NCBI GenBank assembly: GCA_050014275.1
Contig: JBEKDQ010000001.1
Coordinates: forward strand, 648-64,647
Direction: 5' to 3'
Length of the DNA stretch: 64,000 nucleotides
Origin: Desulfobaccales bacterium
Lineage (GTDB): Bacteria > Desulfobacterota > Desulfobaccia > Desulfobaccales > 0-14-0-80-60-11
Shown here: piece after piece, positions 18,021 to 27,062 of the stretch
Position numbering within the stretch: position 1 is the first letter of the stretch
Layout of the letters: every line of letters begins with the position of its first letter
Program-made: the position numbers and the translations under genes
Notes under the pieces: generated by a model
What the model saw: only the letters and a program-made list of their open reading frames with translations
The model's database searches: none
What the model was told of the DNA's origin: nothing

Positions 18021-19757
18021 ATGGAAAAGATTCTCAGAATTGACATGGGCGCAGAGGGCGGCCCCAAGGTCTCCGAGGTTCCGGTGGGGGAATACGCCGG
18101 TCTGGGCGGCCGGGCCATGACTTCCAGCATCGTGGGCAAAGAGGTGCCCCCCCTCTGCCATCCCCTGGGTGGCGAGAACAAACTGGTGATCGCCCCGGGG
18201 CTATTGAGCGGCACGGCCGCCGTTTCTTCCGGCCGCATCTCGGTGGGCTGCAAGAGCCCTTTGACCGGAACCATCAAGGAGTCCAACGCCGGGGGGCAAG
18301 CGGCGCAGGTCCTGGCTCGTTTGGGCTACGCCGGCATTGTCCTGGAGGGCAAGCCAAAAACGGACGACCTCTACAAGGTGTTCATCAACAAAGATGGAGT
18401 CACGATCACCGTGGACAACAGCTTAAAGCTGCTGCCCAATTATGACCTTATTGACCGGATGAAAAAGGAGCATGGAGAAAAGATCGCCTGTATCTCCATC
18501 GGCCCTTGCGGCGAGATGAAGATGGCGGCATCTTCAGTGGCCTTCACCGACATGGAGCTCAGGCCGTCCCGCCATGCAGGCCGTGGAGGGGTCGGAGCCG
18601 TTATGGGCGCCAAGCAAGTTAAAGTCATTGTGCTTGATGGAACGGGCACGAAGATGCGAACCCCCAAGAATCCGGAAAAATTCAACGATGCCAATAAGCG
18701 GTTTACGGAAGGGCTCAAGGGCCATCCGGTCACCGGGCAGGCGCTGCCCGCCTACGGCACGAATGTATTGACTAACATCCTCAATGAAGCAGGAGGGTAT
18801 CCTACTTACAACTTCGCGGAGGGGCGCTTTCAAGGGGCTCATCAGATCAGCGGTGAGACGCAGACAGAAATAATGGAATCCAGGGGCGGGTTGACCTCCC
18901 ATAGCTGCCACACTGGCTGCGCCATCCGCTGCTCGGGCACCTATCACGATAAAGACGGCCATTACGTGACTAAACAACCCGAATACGAAACTGTCTGGGC
19001 GCACGGGGGCAATTGTGGCATCTGTGATATGGATGCCATTGCCAATCTTGATTTCCTGGATGACAACTTCGGGCTGGACACCATTGAAACGGGGGTTACG
19101 GTGGGCGTGGCCATGGAAGCCGGCCTGCTCAAATTCGGAGATTCCGAAGGGGCCATCAATCTGGTGAAAGAAATAGGCAAAGGCACCTACCTGGGCCGCA
19201 TCCTGGGGGCCGGCGCCGAAGTCACCGGCAAAATCTTTGGCGTGGAGCGGGTTCCGGTGGTCAAAGGCCAGGCCATGCCCGCCTATGATCCTCGAGCAGT
19301 GCAGGGCATCGGCGTCACCTACGCCACCAGCACCATGGGGGCCGACCATACGGCCGGCTACGCCGTGGCCACCAATATCCTCAAAGTGGGGGGCGACGTC
19401 GATCCCCTTTCGCCCAAAGGCCAGGTGGAACTGTCCCGGAATCTGCAAATCGCCACGGCGGCGGTTGATGCCACCGGCATGTGCCTGTTCATCGCCTTCG
19501 CCGTCCTGGACCAGCCGGAGACCTTTCAGGCCTTGATCGATTTGATCAATGCCTTCTATGGCGGCAACCTGGATGCCAATGGCGTGATGGAATTGGGCAA
19601 AACCATCCTGAAGATCGAAAAGGAGTTCAATACCCAGGCCGGCTTCACCAAGGCCCACGACCGGCTGCCGCGGTTCTTCAAGAACGTGCCCCTGCCCCCG
19701 CATAACGTCGTCTTCCAGGTGACGGATGCGGAGCTGGATGAGGTGTACAACTTCTAA
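18021..19757 (+). CDS. Tungsten-containing aldehyde:ferredoxin oxidoreductase family protein (AOR copy 1)
   Basis: ~578 aa from the ATG preceded by AAGGAG (the ORF track starts at GTG 18006). AOR N-terminal domain (ILRIDMG..., GLGGRAMTS), and pterin/FeS region motifs (…GADHTAGY, CLF…). Confidence 0.9.
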   Translation: MEKILRIDMGAEGGPKVSEVPVGEYAGLGGRAMTSSIVGKEVPPLCHPLGGENKLVIAPGLLSGTAAVSSGRISVGCKSPLTGTIKESNAGGQAAQVLARLGYAGIVLEGKPKTDDLYKVFINKDGVTITVDNSLKLLPNYDLIDRMKKEHGEKIACISIGPCGEMKMAASSVAFTDMELRPSRHAGRGGVGAVMGAKQVKVIVLDGTGTKMRTPKNPEKFNDANKRFTEGLKGHPVTGQALPAYGTNVLTNILNEAGGYPTYNFAEGRFQGAHQISGETQTEIMESRGGLTSHSCHTGCAIRCSGTYHDKDGHYVTKQPEYETVWAHGGNCGICDMDAIANLDFLDDNFGLDTIETGVTVGVAMEAGLLKFGDSEGAINLVKEIGKGTYLGRILGAGAEVTGKIFGVERVPVVKGQAMPAYDPRAVQGIGVTYATSTMGADHTAGYAVATNILKVGGDVDPLSPKGQVELSRNLQIATAAVDATGMCLFIAFAVLDQPETFQALIDLINAFYGGNLDANGVMELGKTILKIEKEFNTQAGFTKAHDRLPRFFKNVPLPPHNVVFQVTDAELDEVYNF

Positions 19758-19782
19758 GTAGTTAAACTCACTGCCTGACCCG

Positions 19783-19808
19783 AGGTGGGGCCGGCCCTGG
19801 CCCCACCT
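19783..19808 (+). terminator. Putative intrinsic terminator after AOR copy 1
   Basis: Perfect 10-bp GC-rich stem AGGTGGGGCC / GGCCCCACCT with a 6-nt loop, followed by the T-rich TCTTTCCCCTTT. Confidence 0.5.
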
Positions 19809-19885
19809 TCTTTCCCCTTTACAACCCCTTCATATTCTTTATAATAAAAGATAGGGACGCCCTTGGAACTGCAGGAATTCATTAC

Positions 19886-20524
19886 ATGTCTAACCGAGTG
19901 ACGAGGGATACCCCCAAACCTGACGCTGCCGTTCTCTCCTTTAGCCTATCGCAGGCTCATCTGCCGCGCCTTTTCCCTCTCTTGCAGCAAGGTTTTTTGG
20001 TCAGGGTTCCGGGGGGCTGCAATATCAGAACCATCCTTTGCCAGCATCTCGGCTTTACGCCGGACTATCTGGAAAACCGGATCCAGACCATCTTTCTCAA
20101 CGGCAAAGCGGTGGACGAAGTGGATGCGACCATCGTGGGCGAGGGCGCCACCCTGGCCCTGTCCACCGCCATGCCGGGGCTGGTGGGGGCGACCATGCGG
20201 AAGGGCGGCTATTATGCGGGCTTGCGCGGCGCCATCACTCACCGGGAGGCCAAACGAGCCACACCGGAGGCGAACTGCCTGGTGAGGCTTAAGCTTTTCA
20301 ACCTCTTGACCGGGGAAGTGGGGCCCCTTTTCCTGGAGAAGGGCATCTGTTTCGAGAGCGCCGTTCTTGAAGACTTTTTCAGAACCCGGCCGGAGGATTT
20401 CTGGTCGGGATTTCTGGCTGTGTCCCTGAACGGCAAGGAACTGGACCTCACGGCTTTGGCCGCCGGGCCCTGGCCCGGCGTGCCGGACCTTATCTGTCTG
20501 AAAGTTCTGGTCGGACCTGACTGA
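19886..20524 (+). CDS. Hypothetical protein (no recognisable family)
   Basis: 212-aa ORF with codon usage consistent with its neighbours. I recognise no motifs. Confidence 0.45.
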   Translation: MSNRVTRDTPKPDAAVLSFSLSQAHLPRLFPLLQQGFLVRVPGGCNIRTILCQHLGFTPDYLENRIQTIFLNGKAVDEVDATIVGEGATLALSTAMPGLVGATMRKGGYYAGLRGAITHREAKRATPEANCLVRLKLFNLLTGEVGPLFLEKGICFESAVLEDFFRTRPEDFWSGFLAVSLNGKELDLTALAAGPWPGVPDLICLKVLVGPD

Positions 20525-20557
20525 GAGGGAAAAATTTCACGGCAAGGAAGGCGGCTC

Positions 20558-21718
20558 ATGTTCAAGGCGGCTACCGTCACCCTGAAAAACAGGTTTTCCC
20601 GGGATATGGGACGGCGCCTGGGCAAGGCCCTGGTGGAGAAGCTCGGAGATTTCCCCCAGGCCTGCTGGCTCTTCTGTTCTCCCCAAACCGGCCAGCGGGA
20701 GTTGCTCAAGGGCATCGTCAGCGCCGTTCGCACTCACACCCTGGTGGGTTGCACCACCGACGGCGAGATCTCTTCCGAGGGCTTCAGCACCGGCTCGGCG
20801 GTGCTGGGGGGCATTGCCAGCGATCAGATCGACTTCCAGGTCGCCTGTGCCACCAATCTGGGCCAGGATTCCGAAAAAGCGGGGCAAGAACTGGCCAGGG
20901 CTTTCTCCCCGGGAACCAGTTATTTGCAGCTCTTCTCGGATGGCCTCACCGGCAATGGCTGCGCCCTCTTGCGGGGCATGGCGGGGGTCCTGGGCCGGCA
21001 GACGCCCATCGCCGGCGGCACGGCGGGAGATGGCGGGGAGTTCGTCCGCACCCGGCAGTACATCGGGGATCAGGTGCTGACTGATGCCGCGGTGGCCATC
21101 GGCTTGTCCGGTAACTTCCAGGTGGGCACCGGGGTCCGTAGCGGCTGGTCTCCCCTGGGTATCGCCAAGCGGGTGACCCGGGCCTCGGGCAATGTGCTTT
21201 ATGAATTGGGTGGCCAGCCGGCCCTGGAGGTCTATGAGCGCTTCCTGGGAAAACATGCCGAGAGATTACCGGCGGTGGGCGTGGAGTACCCCATGGGTCT
21301 GGTGGACGACAGCGGCTATTGCGGCGGTGGCGAATATCATCTCTTGCGCGCCACCATGTCGGTCAATCGCGAGGACGGCTCCATCTCCTTCGCCGGTGAG
21401 ATCCCGGAGGGGGCCATGGTCCGGATGACTTGTGGCGATACCGACGCCATCCTGGAGGCCACTGGCCGGGCCGTAGAATTGGCCCAGGAGGACCTGGGGG
21501 GGCGGTCCCCGGTCATGGCCTTTTTTTATTCCTGCATGGCCCGGAGAATTGTCCTGGGTCGGCGCACCAAAGAAGAAATAGAGCACATCCGCCAGAAAGT
21601 GGGCCGAGAAATCCCCATCCTGGGATTTTACACCTATGGGGAGTACTGCCGCGTCAGCCCCGGCGGCCCCAGCTTTCTCCACAACGAAACGGCCACGGTG
21701 TCGCTCATCGGAATTTGA
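20558..21718 (+). CDS. FIST-domain signal-transduction protein
   Basis: 386 aa. Layout and sequence resemble FIST_N/FIST_C proteins (…GCTTDGEIS…, …FYTYGEY…). AGGAAGG RBS present. The stop is separated by 3 nt from the start of the following hybrid kinase. Confidence 0.65.
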   Translation: MFKAATVTLKNRFSRDMGRRLGKALVEKLGDFPQACWLFCSPQTGQRELLKGIVSAVRTHTLVGCTTDGEISSEGFSTGSAVLGGIASDQIDFQVACATNLGQDSEKAGQELARAFSPGTSYLQLFSDGLTGNGCALLRGMAGVLGRQTPIAGGTAGDGGEFVRTRQYIGDQVLTDAAVAIGLSGNFQVGTGVRSGWSPLGIAKRVTRASGNVLYELGGQPALEVYERFLGKHAERLPAVGVEYPMGLVDDSGYCGGGEYHLLRATMSVNREDGSISFAGEIPEGAMVRMTCGDTDAILEATGRAVELAQEDLGGRSPVMAFFYSCMARRIVLGRRTKEEIEHIRQKVGREIPILGFYTYGEYCRVSPGGPSFLHNETATVSLIGI

Positions 21719-21721
21719 GAT

Positions 21722-23704
21722 ATGCAGATCAAAACTTTGCTGGAGAGAGTCAAGGAGTTGGAAGAACTGCTTGATGTCTCGGAGCGCAAAGCCGACATCT
21801 TGACCAACCTGCTGAAAGAGGCCAACGCCGAATTCGAACATACCCTGGAAATGGTCACCATCTCGCAGGCCAATTTCCGGGCCGTGTTTGAGAATGCCCC
21901 CGAAGCCATCTTTATTGTAGATGGGGAAGCATACCGCATCCTGGATTGTAACGACTTTGCCACGAAATGGCTGGGATATAGGCGCGAAGAGCTGCTTTCC
22001 CTCAGCTTTGACGACCTGATCGAAGCCAGCAGCCAACAGAATGTTTTACGCCTGGGCAGTAGCTATAAAGGCATCCAGGAGTGCCGCTTTAGGAAAAAGC
22101 GCGGCGTCGCGGTGGATTCCGAGGTGACGGGGACCATGCTCGAATTCCAGGGCAGAAGATGCATGGTGGTGCTTGTCCGGGATGTCACCGAACGCAAGCA
22201 GCTCGATGAACTGGCGAGGTACAAGGAACTCTTCGAGAACGTCACCGACCCTGTATTCATCAATAATCTCCAGGGGAGGATCCTGGAGGTCAATGATGTG
22301 GCTTGCGAGCGCTTCGGCTACTCCCGGGAAGAATTCTTCCGGATGAGTCTGAAACGACTCGCCGGGCCCGACCAACTGGCCCTCCTCCAGGAAACCAGGG
22401 CCCAGATCGAAGAAGGCCTGACCATCCAGTTTGAAATGGAAACGATTACCAAAACGGGGGAATGGATTCCAGTGGAATTCCACGCCCGGGGCATCACCTA
22501 TCGGGGCCAACCCGCGGTTTTGGGCGTGGCACGGGACTTGAGCTTCAGGAAGAAGCTGCAACAGACCCTGGTGGAAAAGGCCCGGCTGACTGCGGTGGGG
22601 GAAATGGCCAGCGGCATCGCCCATAACTTCAATAACCTGCTGCAGATGATCTTGGGGGCCACCGAGGCCTCCCTGGGGAAACTGGAGGCCGGCAAGATCA
22701 GGGAATGCCGGGAAGCACTCCAGCGGATTCAGGCCACCTCCCAGCGGGGCGGCGAAATCGTCCGGCGCCTCAAGGATTTTACCACCACCGGGTTTGCCGA
22801 CAGCGATGCGGCCGATAGTTTTGCACTGGCCGAACTGATCCGGGAAGCAGTGGAGCTGACCAAACCCCTGTGGAAGAACCTGCCTGATGTGCGGAAGATC
22901 GAGGTATATCAGGACCTGGACCCTGACTGCCTGGTGCAGGGGAGACCTTCGGAAATTTATGAAGTCCTGGTCAATCTCATCCTCAATGCGGTGGAAGCCA
23001 TGCCGAAAGGCGGGTCCTTGTTGATTTCCACCCGGGTCCGGGACGAGAAGGTTTGGCTCCAGGTCAGCGATACCGGGGTCGGCATCACCGCTGAAAACCT
23101 GGAGCGCCTCTTTCAGCCCTTCTTCAGCACCAAGGGGCTAAAGAGCAGCGGCTTGGGCCTCTCTTCCAGTTACGGCATCATCACGCGGCACCAGGGGGAG
23201 ATTCAGGTGGAAAGCACGGTGGGCCAGGGCACGACCTTCACGGTGACCCTACCCCTGGCCCATACCCCCGCCCGGATGAAAGTCGCCGCCCTAGTCGACC
23301 TGGAAAGTCCCAAGATCAAGTTTCTCATCATCGAGGACGAAATTAACATTGTTAAGTCCATGGAATTATTTTTTGAAGAGACCGAGGTGGAACTAGTCGC
23401 CTGCCGCACAGGCACCGAGGGTCTGGAAGTCTACCTCAACCACCAGTTTGATGTGGTGCTGTGCGACCTGGGACTGGATGACCTGAACGGCTGGGAAGTG
23501 GGCAAGCAAATCAAAGACCACTGCCAGGTGAAGGGACTCCGCAAGACCCCCTTCCTCCTTTATACCGGCTGGGATAAGAAATTTGATCCCGAGCAACTGG
23601 CAGAGAGCGGGGTGGACCGTCTGGTGACCAAACCCGTCTCCTGCGCCGATTTACTTCGTTTGCTGCGGGAAGCTGTGGCCCATAATAACAACCACAACCA
23701 CTGA
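21722..23704 (+). CDS. Hybrid sensor histidine kinase (coiled coil, 2 PAS, HisKA, HATPase, receiver)
   Basis: 660 aa. Two PAS-like repeats (VRDVTERK, ARDLSFRK boundaries), an H-box (IAHNFNNLLQ), N/G boxes (LNAVEAM, DTGVGI, GLGLSS), and a C-terminal receiver (FLIIEDE…DVVLCDLGLDDLNGWE). Confidence 0.9.
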   Translation: MQIKTLLERVKELEELLDVSERKADILTNLLKEANAEFEHTLEMVTISQANFRAVFENAPEAIFIVDGEAYRILDCNDFATKWLGYRREELLSLSFDDLIEASSQQNVLRLGSSYKGIQECRFRKKRGVAVDSEVTGTMLEFQGRRCMVVLVRDVTERKQLDELARYKELFENVTDPVFINNLQGRILEVNDVACERFGYSREEFFRMSLKRLAGPDQLALLQETRAQIEEGLTIQFEMETITKTGEWIPVEFHARGITYRGQPAVLGVARDLSFRKKLQQTLVEKARLTAVGEMASGIAHNFNNLLQMILGATEASLGKLEAGKIRECREALQRIQATSQRGGEIVRRLKDFTTTGFADSDAADSFALAELIREAVELTKPLWKNLPDVRKIEVYQDLDPDCLVQGRPSEIYEVLVNLILNAVEAMPKGGSLLISTRVRDEKVWLQVSDTGVGITAENLERLFQPFFSTKGLKSSGLGLSSSYGIITRHQGEIQVESTVGQGTTFTVTLPLAHTPARMKVAALVDLESPKIKFLIIEDEINIVKSMELFFEETEVELVACRTGTEGLEVYLNHQFDVVLCDLGLDDLNGWEVGKQIKDHCQVKGLRKTPFLLYTGWDKKFDPEQLAESGVDRLVTKPVSCADLLRLLREAVAHNNNHNH

Positions 23705-23706
23705 CC

Positions 23707-24717
23707 TCAGCCCCCAATGGCAGACATGGGGCCGCTGAGGCATTTTGGGGAAACGCCGTTGTTCAAGGAGTGTTCCCGGGGCTTATTCCAAATGGCCTGG
23801 CGAATGGCGACCTCGATATCCTTGTCGGCCGCCCCGCGGCGCAGCAGACTCCTGAGATCCACTTCTTCCCGGGTGAAGAGGCAGTTGCGCAGCTTGCCGT
23901 TCGCGGTCACCCGGAGGCGGTTGCAGGTGTGACAGAAGTGCTGGGTAACGGGCGTGATGAGACCAATCTTGCCCAAGGCCCCGGGAAAGCGGTAGTAGCG
24001 CGCCGGGCCGTTGCTGTGCTCGCTGTGGGCCGGCAGGAGCCGGTCCAGCCGCTGCAGGCGCTCTTTGATCTCCTCCCCTGAAAAAAAGTGTCTTTCCTGG
24101 ACTCCGGGCAGGAACTGCATCAGCTCGATGAATCTCACATGGAAGGGAAAGGTGTAGGTCAGGGAGGCCAGGTCGCCGATTTCCTCAGCATTGAGGTCCC
24201 GCATGACCACCACGTTGATCTTGATGGGCTGGAAACCGATGACGCGGGCCTGGTGAATACCTTTCCAAACCTGAAAAAAGGCGTTAATACCGGTGACCCG
24301 GGCATATTTTTCCGGGCTCAGGGTGTCCAGGCTGATGTTGAGCCGGCTGATCCCGGCGTTAAAGAGGTCCTGGGCGAATTGGGGCAAAAGGACCCCGTTG
24401 GTGGTGAGGCTGAGGCTTTCCAGCTCAGGCAGCCGGGCAATCCTTTCACAGAGATGGGGGAGATCGCGCCGCACCAGCGGTTCGCCCCCGGTGAGGCGGA
24501 TCTTGGTAATGCCCAGAGATATAGCTATCCTGGCAATTCTCTCCAGCTCCTCATAGCGCAGGATGTCTTCGTGTGGCAGAAAAGGCACACCCGTCGAAGG
24601 CATGCAATAGAGGCAGCGAAGATTGCAACGGTCGGTTACGGAGAGGCGAAGATAGTCAATGCGGCGCTGATAGGGGTCGATGAGGGGGTTTTCTGAGGTT
24701 CTCCGGTTAGATTGCAC
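23707..24717 (-). CDS. moaA: GTP 3',8-cyclase MoaA (radical SAM, molybdopterin/tungstopterin biosynthesis)
   Basis: IDYLRLSVTDRCNLRCLYCMP, GGEPLVRRD, and a C-terminal CHTCNRLRVTANGKLRNCLF auxiliary-cluster motif. The ORF extends to a TTG at 24765, but that codon sits inside a strong hairpin. The GTG at 24717 gives a typical N-terminus. Confidence 0.9.
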   Translation of the reverse strand: MQSNRRTSENPLIDPYQRRIDYLRLSVTDRCNLRCLYCMPSTGVPFLPHEDILRYEELERIARIAISLGITKIRLTGGEPLVRRDLPHLCERIARLPELESLSLTTNGVLLPQFAQDLFNAGISRLNISLDTLSPEKYARVTGINAFFQVWKGIHQARVIGFQPIKINVVVMRDLNAEEIGDLASLTYTFPFHVRFIELMQFLPGVQERHFFSGEEIKERLQRLDRLLPAHSEHSNGPARYYRFPGALGKIGLITPVTQHFCHTCNRLRVTANGKLRNCLFTREEVDLRSLLRRGAADKDIEVAIRQAIWNKPREHSLNNGVSPKCLSGPMSAIGG

Positions 24718-25015
24718 GTGTTGAGCCGCCTGTGGAAATATTCGAGATTGGCCAGTAAGGCCCAAAGGGGAGCCCCAGCGGCTCCCCTTTGAGTGAAAAT
24801 GGTTACCCTTACTTCGAGGCCATAAGACCTTTTGGGTCGGTAGGCCCAGAGGAAGCTGACGTTCAACCTGGCCCGGGATTACATCCCGGCGCCCCCTGGC
24901 ACCTTTGCCACCCTGATTTATTATAAAAATGTAAGTGCTGACAACTCCTTTGTCAATGGCAAGAGAGTCTCTAGTGATCCCCCCTTCCCGTTACCAGATT
25001 ATTGAGTCCCCGAGG

Positions 25016-25327
25016 CTACTTATCCTCAGGACTGATCATCTCCCACAAGGTGATTTCCACAGGCTGCGCCAGGATCTGGTCCACCTTCCCCAGAAGGGCC
25101 TGCAAGTAAGGCATCTGCAGATGTTCGTCCAGGTCCCTTTTACTCCGCCAATTTTCGTAAAAGACAAAGGCGGACTTATCATCCAGCGCTTGGTGCAGAT
25201 CGTAGTTGACGCAGCCGGGCTCAGACCGAGTCGGCGCCACCAGGGCCAGGAGCTCTTCTTTGACCCTGGCTTCCATCCCGGGTTTGGCCTTGATTTTGGC
25301 TACCACCGTCAGCTTCGCTCCCGCCAT
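25016..25327 (-). CDS. Antibiotic-biosynthesis-monooxygenase (ABM/YgiN-like) domain protein
   Basis: ~103 aa from MAGAKLTVVAKIKAKPG... with the typical ABM pattern (…EPGCVNYDLHQ…FVFYENWRSKRDLDEHLQMPY…). Confidence 0.7.
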   Translation of the reverse strand: MAGAKLTVVAKIKAKPGMEARVKEELLALVAPTRSEPGCVNYDLHQALDDKSAFVFYENWRSKRDLDEHLQMPYLQALLGKVDQILAQPVEITLWEMISPEDK

Positions 25328-26049
25328 CTGTGCCTCCCTTCCGTATTGGCCGATGAGCCGCCCTTCCAAGGTCCCGGAAACCTTTTTTGGGGTTGGTTGT
25401 TTCCCCTCTTTAGGGCAGACCTCTATTCAGATTTGAAGCCGCAAAAGGCGCAGCTTTCCGGGTCTTTCTTAAAGAATTTAAGCAATATTAGTGCCAGGTT
25501 AAGAAACGGCGATAAACGGTCGATTTCCCGTAGGCGTGGGGCAGGATGGGACACCGGCTTGGGGGCGCAAGACCCCAACGGGGCTAGGGATAATCAGGAT
25601 AAGTTGCTGAAAAAAATACTAATAAATAAAAATGGGGCCGATTGGGGCTAAAAAAGGCAAACTATGGCTGACCCCGGTTAGCCGGCCTTGACCCGAAATG
25701 CATAAATCATTTGGAGCAACCGGTCCAGCAATGGCAGGAGGCCCTGCCTTATTTGCCGAGGCGGTAGGAGATTCCCGGGGCCAGCCCTTCCTGCGCCAGG
25801 ATGGCCTCCAGGTTTCGCACCAGCCTCAGCCCCAGGGCCTTGCCGTTGGTTTCAGTTTTCTCAGGAGATTCAGCCACTAACGGGGCTCATGAAGGAAAAA
25901 TTAAAGATCCGGCCCAGGAGGCGCCACCGGGTAGGGCCAGTCATCGGAGGTCGGGTCCATTTTTTGCATAAAAGAATTTTGGTGCTTGAGCTTTTTTCCG
26001 CCTTGGAAAGCTGCTTCCTTCATTATTAATCCATCACCCCAAAAGTGTC

Positions 26050-26598
26050 ATGGCCAGAATACGCGTGGAAAGCTATAAATTTTGCCCACAGTGCTGCGGC
26101 ACCCTGGAAAGGCGCCGGCTCAAGGCCGGGGAGCCTGAACAACTCTGCTGTCCCCAGTGCGGCTTTATCTTCTATCTCGACCCCAAGGTGGTGGTCGTCG
26201 CCGTGGTCCCTAAAGATGGCGGCCTCGTGCTGGTGCGGCAGGATAGGGCCTGCCGTCGTGACTCTTGGGTGCTCCCCGGGGGTTTTGTGGACCTGGGCGA
26301 GCCCCTGGAAGAAGCGATCACCCGGGAAGTCCTGGAGGAGACTCACCTTTCGGTGCGGGTGAGCCGGCTGCTTCAGGCCTATTCTTATCCGGGAGCCCAA
26401 AAGGTGGTGCTCGCCTACCTCACTGAGTATCTGTCCGGCGAACTGGCCCCGGGGGATGAAGCCCTGGAGGCTCGAGTTTTCACCCGCGACGAAATTCCCT
26501 GGGATCACCTGGGCTTCCAAACCACCCGCGAGGCCCTGAAGGATTATCTCAGGACCCTCGGTCCGGTTCGCTCCGCCAAAAAAAAGGCCAGTTTCTGA
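26050..26598 (+). CDS. NUDIX hydrolase with N-terminal zinc ribbon
   Basis: 182 aa. Zinc ribbon CPQCCG…CCPQCG, and a Nudix box GGFVDLGEPLEEAITREVLEETHL. Confidence 0.85.
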   Translation: MARIRVESYKFCPQCCGTLERRRLKAGEPEQLCCPQCGFIFYLDPKVVVVAVVPKDGGLVLVRQDRACRRDSWVLPGGFVDLGEPLEEAITREVLEETHLSVRVSRLLQAYSYPGAQKVVLAYLTEYLSGELAPGDEALEARVFTRDEIPWDHLGFQTTREALKDYLRTLGPVRSAKKKASF

Positions 26599-26603
26599 GC
26601 CCC

Positions 26604-27062
26604 CTCAAGGCGCCTGGGGCCGGCGATAACACCGTTTGCCCGCCTCTTTGAGGCGCTTGAGGATATCCGGCCCCTGTTCGAAGTAGCAGAAGCCGTAGTT
26701 GGTGGACAGGGCGCCGACCGGGGATATTCATTCATCTCGTAGATGTCCTCCAGCCGGTTCAAGCGCTCATAGAGCTGTTTCACCCTGGCGACGGACATCC
26801 GCTGGTCGGAGCGCCACGCCGGCTCCGGAGTGCGCCAGGGATTGCCCTCGAAAATGAGGGAGGTGACCCCGTATTGCGCCGGATCACGGAACATCCGGGA
26901 GCCCGGCATCACCATGAGCAGTCCCATGACGTAATAAGAAATCCGGTCGACGTGGTCCTCCAGGAATCTCACCGTGACCAGGCCGTCCTTCTCGGTCTCT
27001 CCCGGAAAACCGAAGATCCCCGCCCCAGCAGGCGAAGTCCATTGCGTCCCAAGACCTTGCAC
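26604..27062 (-). pseudogene. Truncated and frameshifted remnant of a (B12-binding-type) radical SAM gene
   Basis: The reading frame starts inside the protein at …GIFGFPGETEKD… and has no N-terminal radical SAM core. After …EDIYEMNEY the plausible continuation (PVGALSTNYGFCYFEQGPDILKRLKEAGKRCYRRPQAP, then stop) sits in another frame. The remnant overlaps the 3' end of the amidohydrolase ORF. Confidence 0.6.

Noticed and set aside
20558-21718. The 386-aa protein downstream of AOR copy 1 as the missing LarA (NPN-dependent racemase).
   Set aside because: Its sequence pattern fits FIST_N/FIST_C sensors, and it is separated by only 3 nt from the following histidine kinase. I could see no LarA-like His/Lys NPN-binding motifs.
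23702-23709. Stop codons of the convergent hybrid kinase and moaA genes are only 2 nt apart, with no terminator between them.
   Set aside because: This is real but commonplace in compact genomes. It carries no specific functional implication that I can support.
24897-24912. TGGCACCTTTGCCA on the plus strand as a possible sigma-54 promoter.
   Set aside because: The GG-to-GC spacing is 9 nt rather than 12, and no downstream plus-strand gene is nearby.
25740-25880. 43-codon minus-strand ORF (VAESPEKTETNGKALGLRLVRNLEAILAQEGLAPGISYRLGK).
   Set aside because: It has a GTG start without a clear RBS, no recognisable family, and lies in a long intergenic region. The evidence is insufficient to call a gene.
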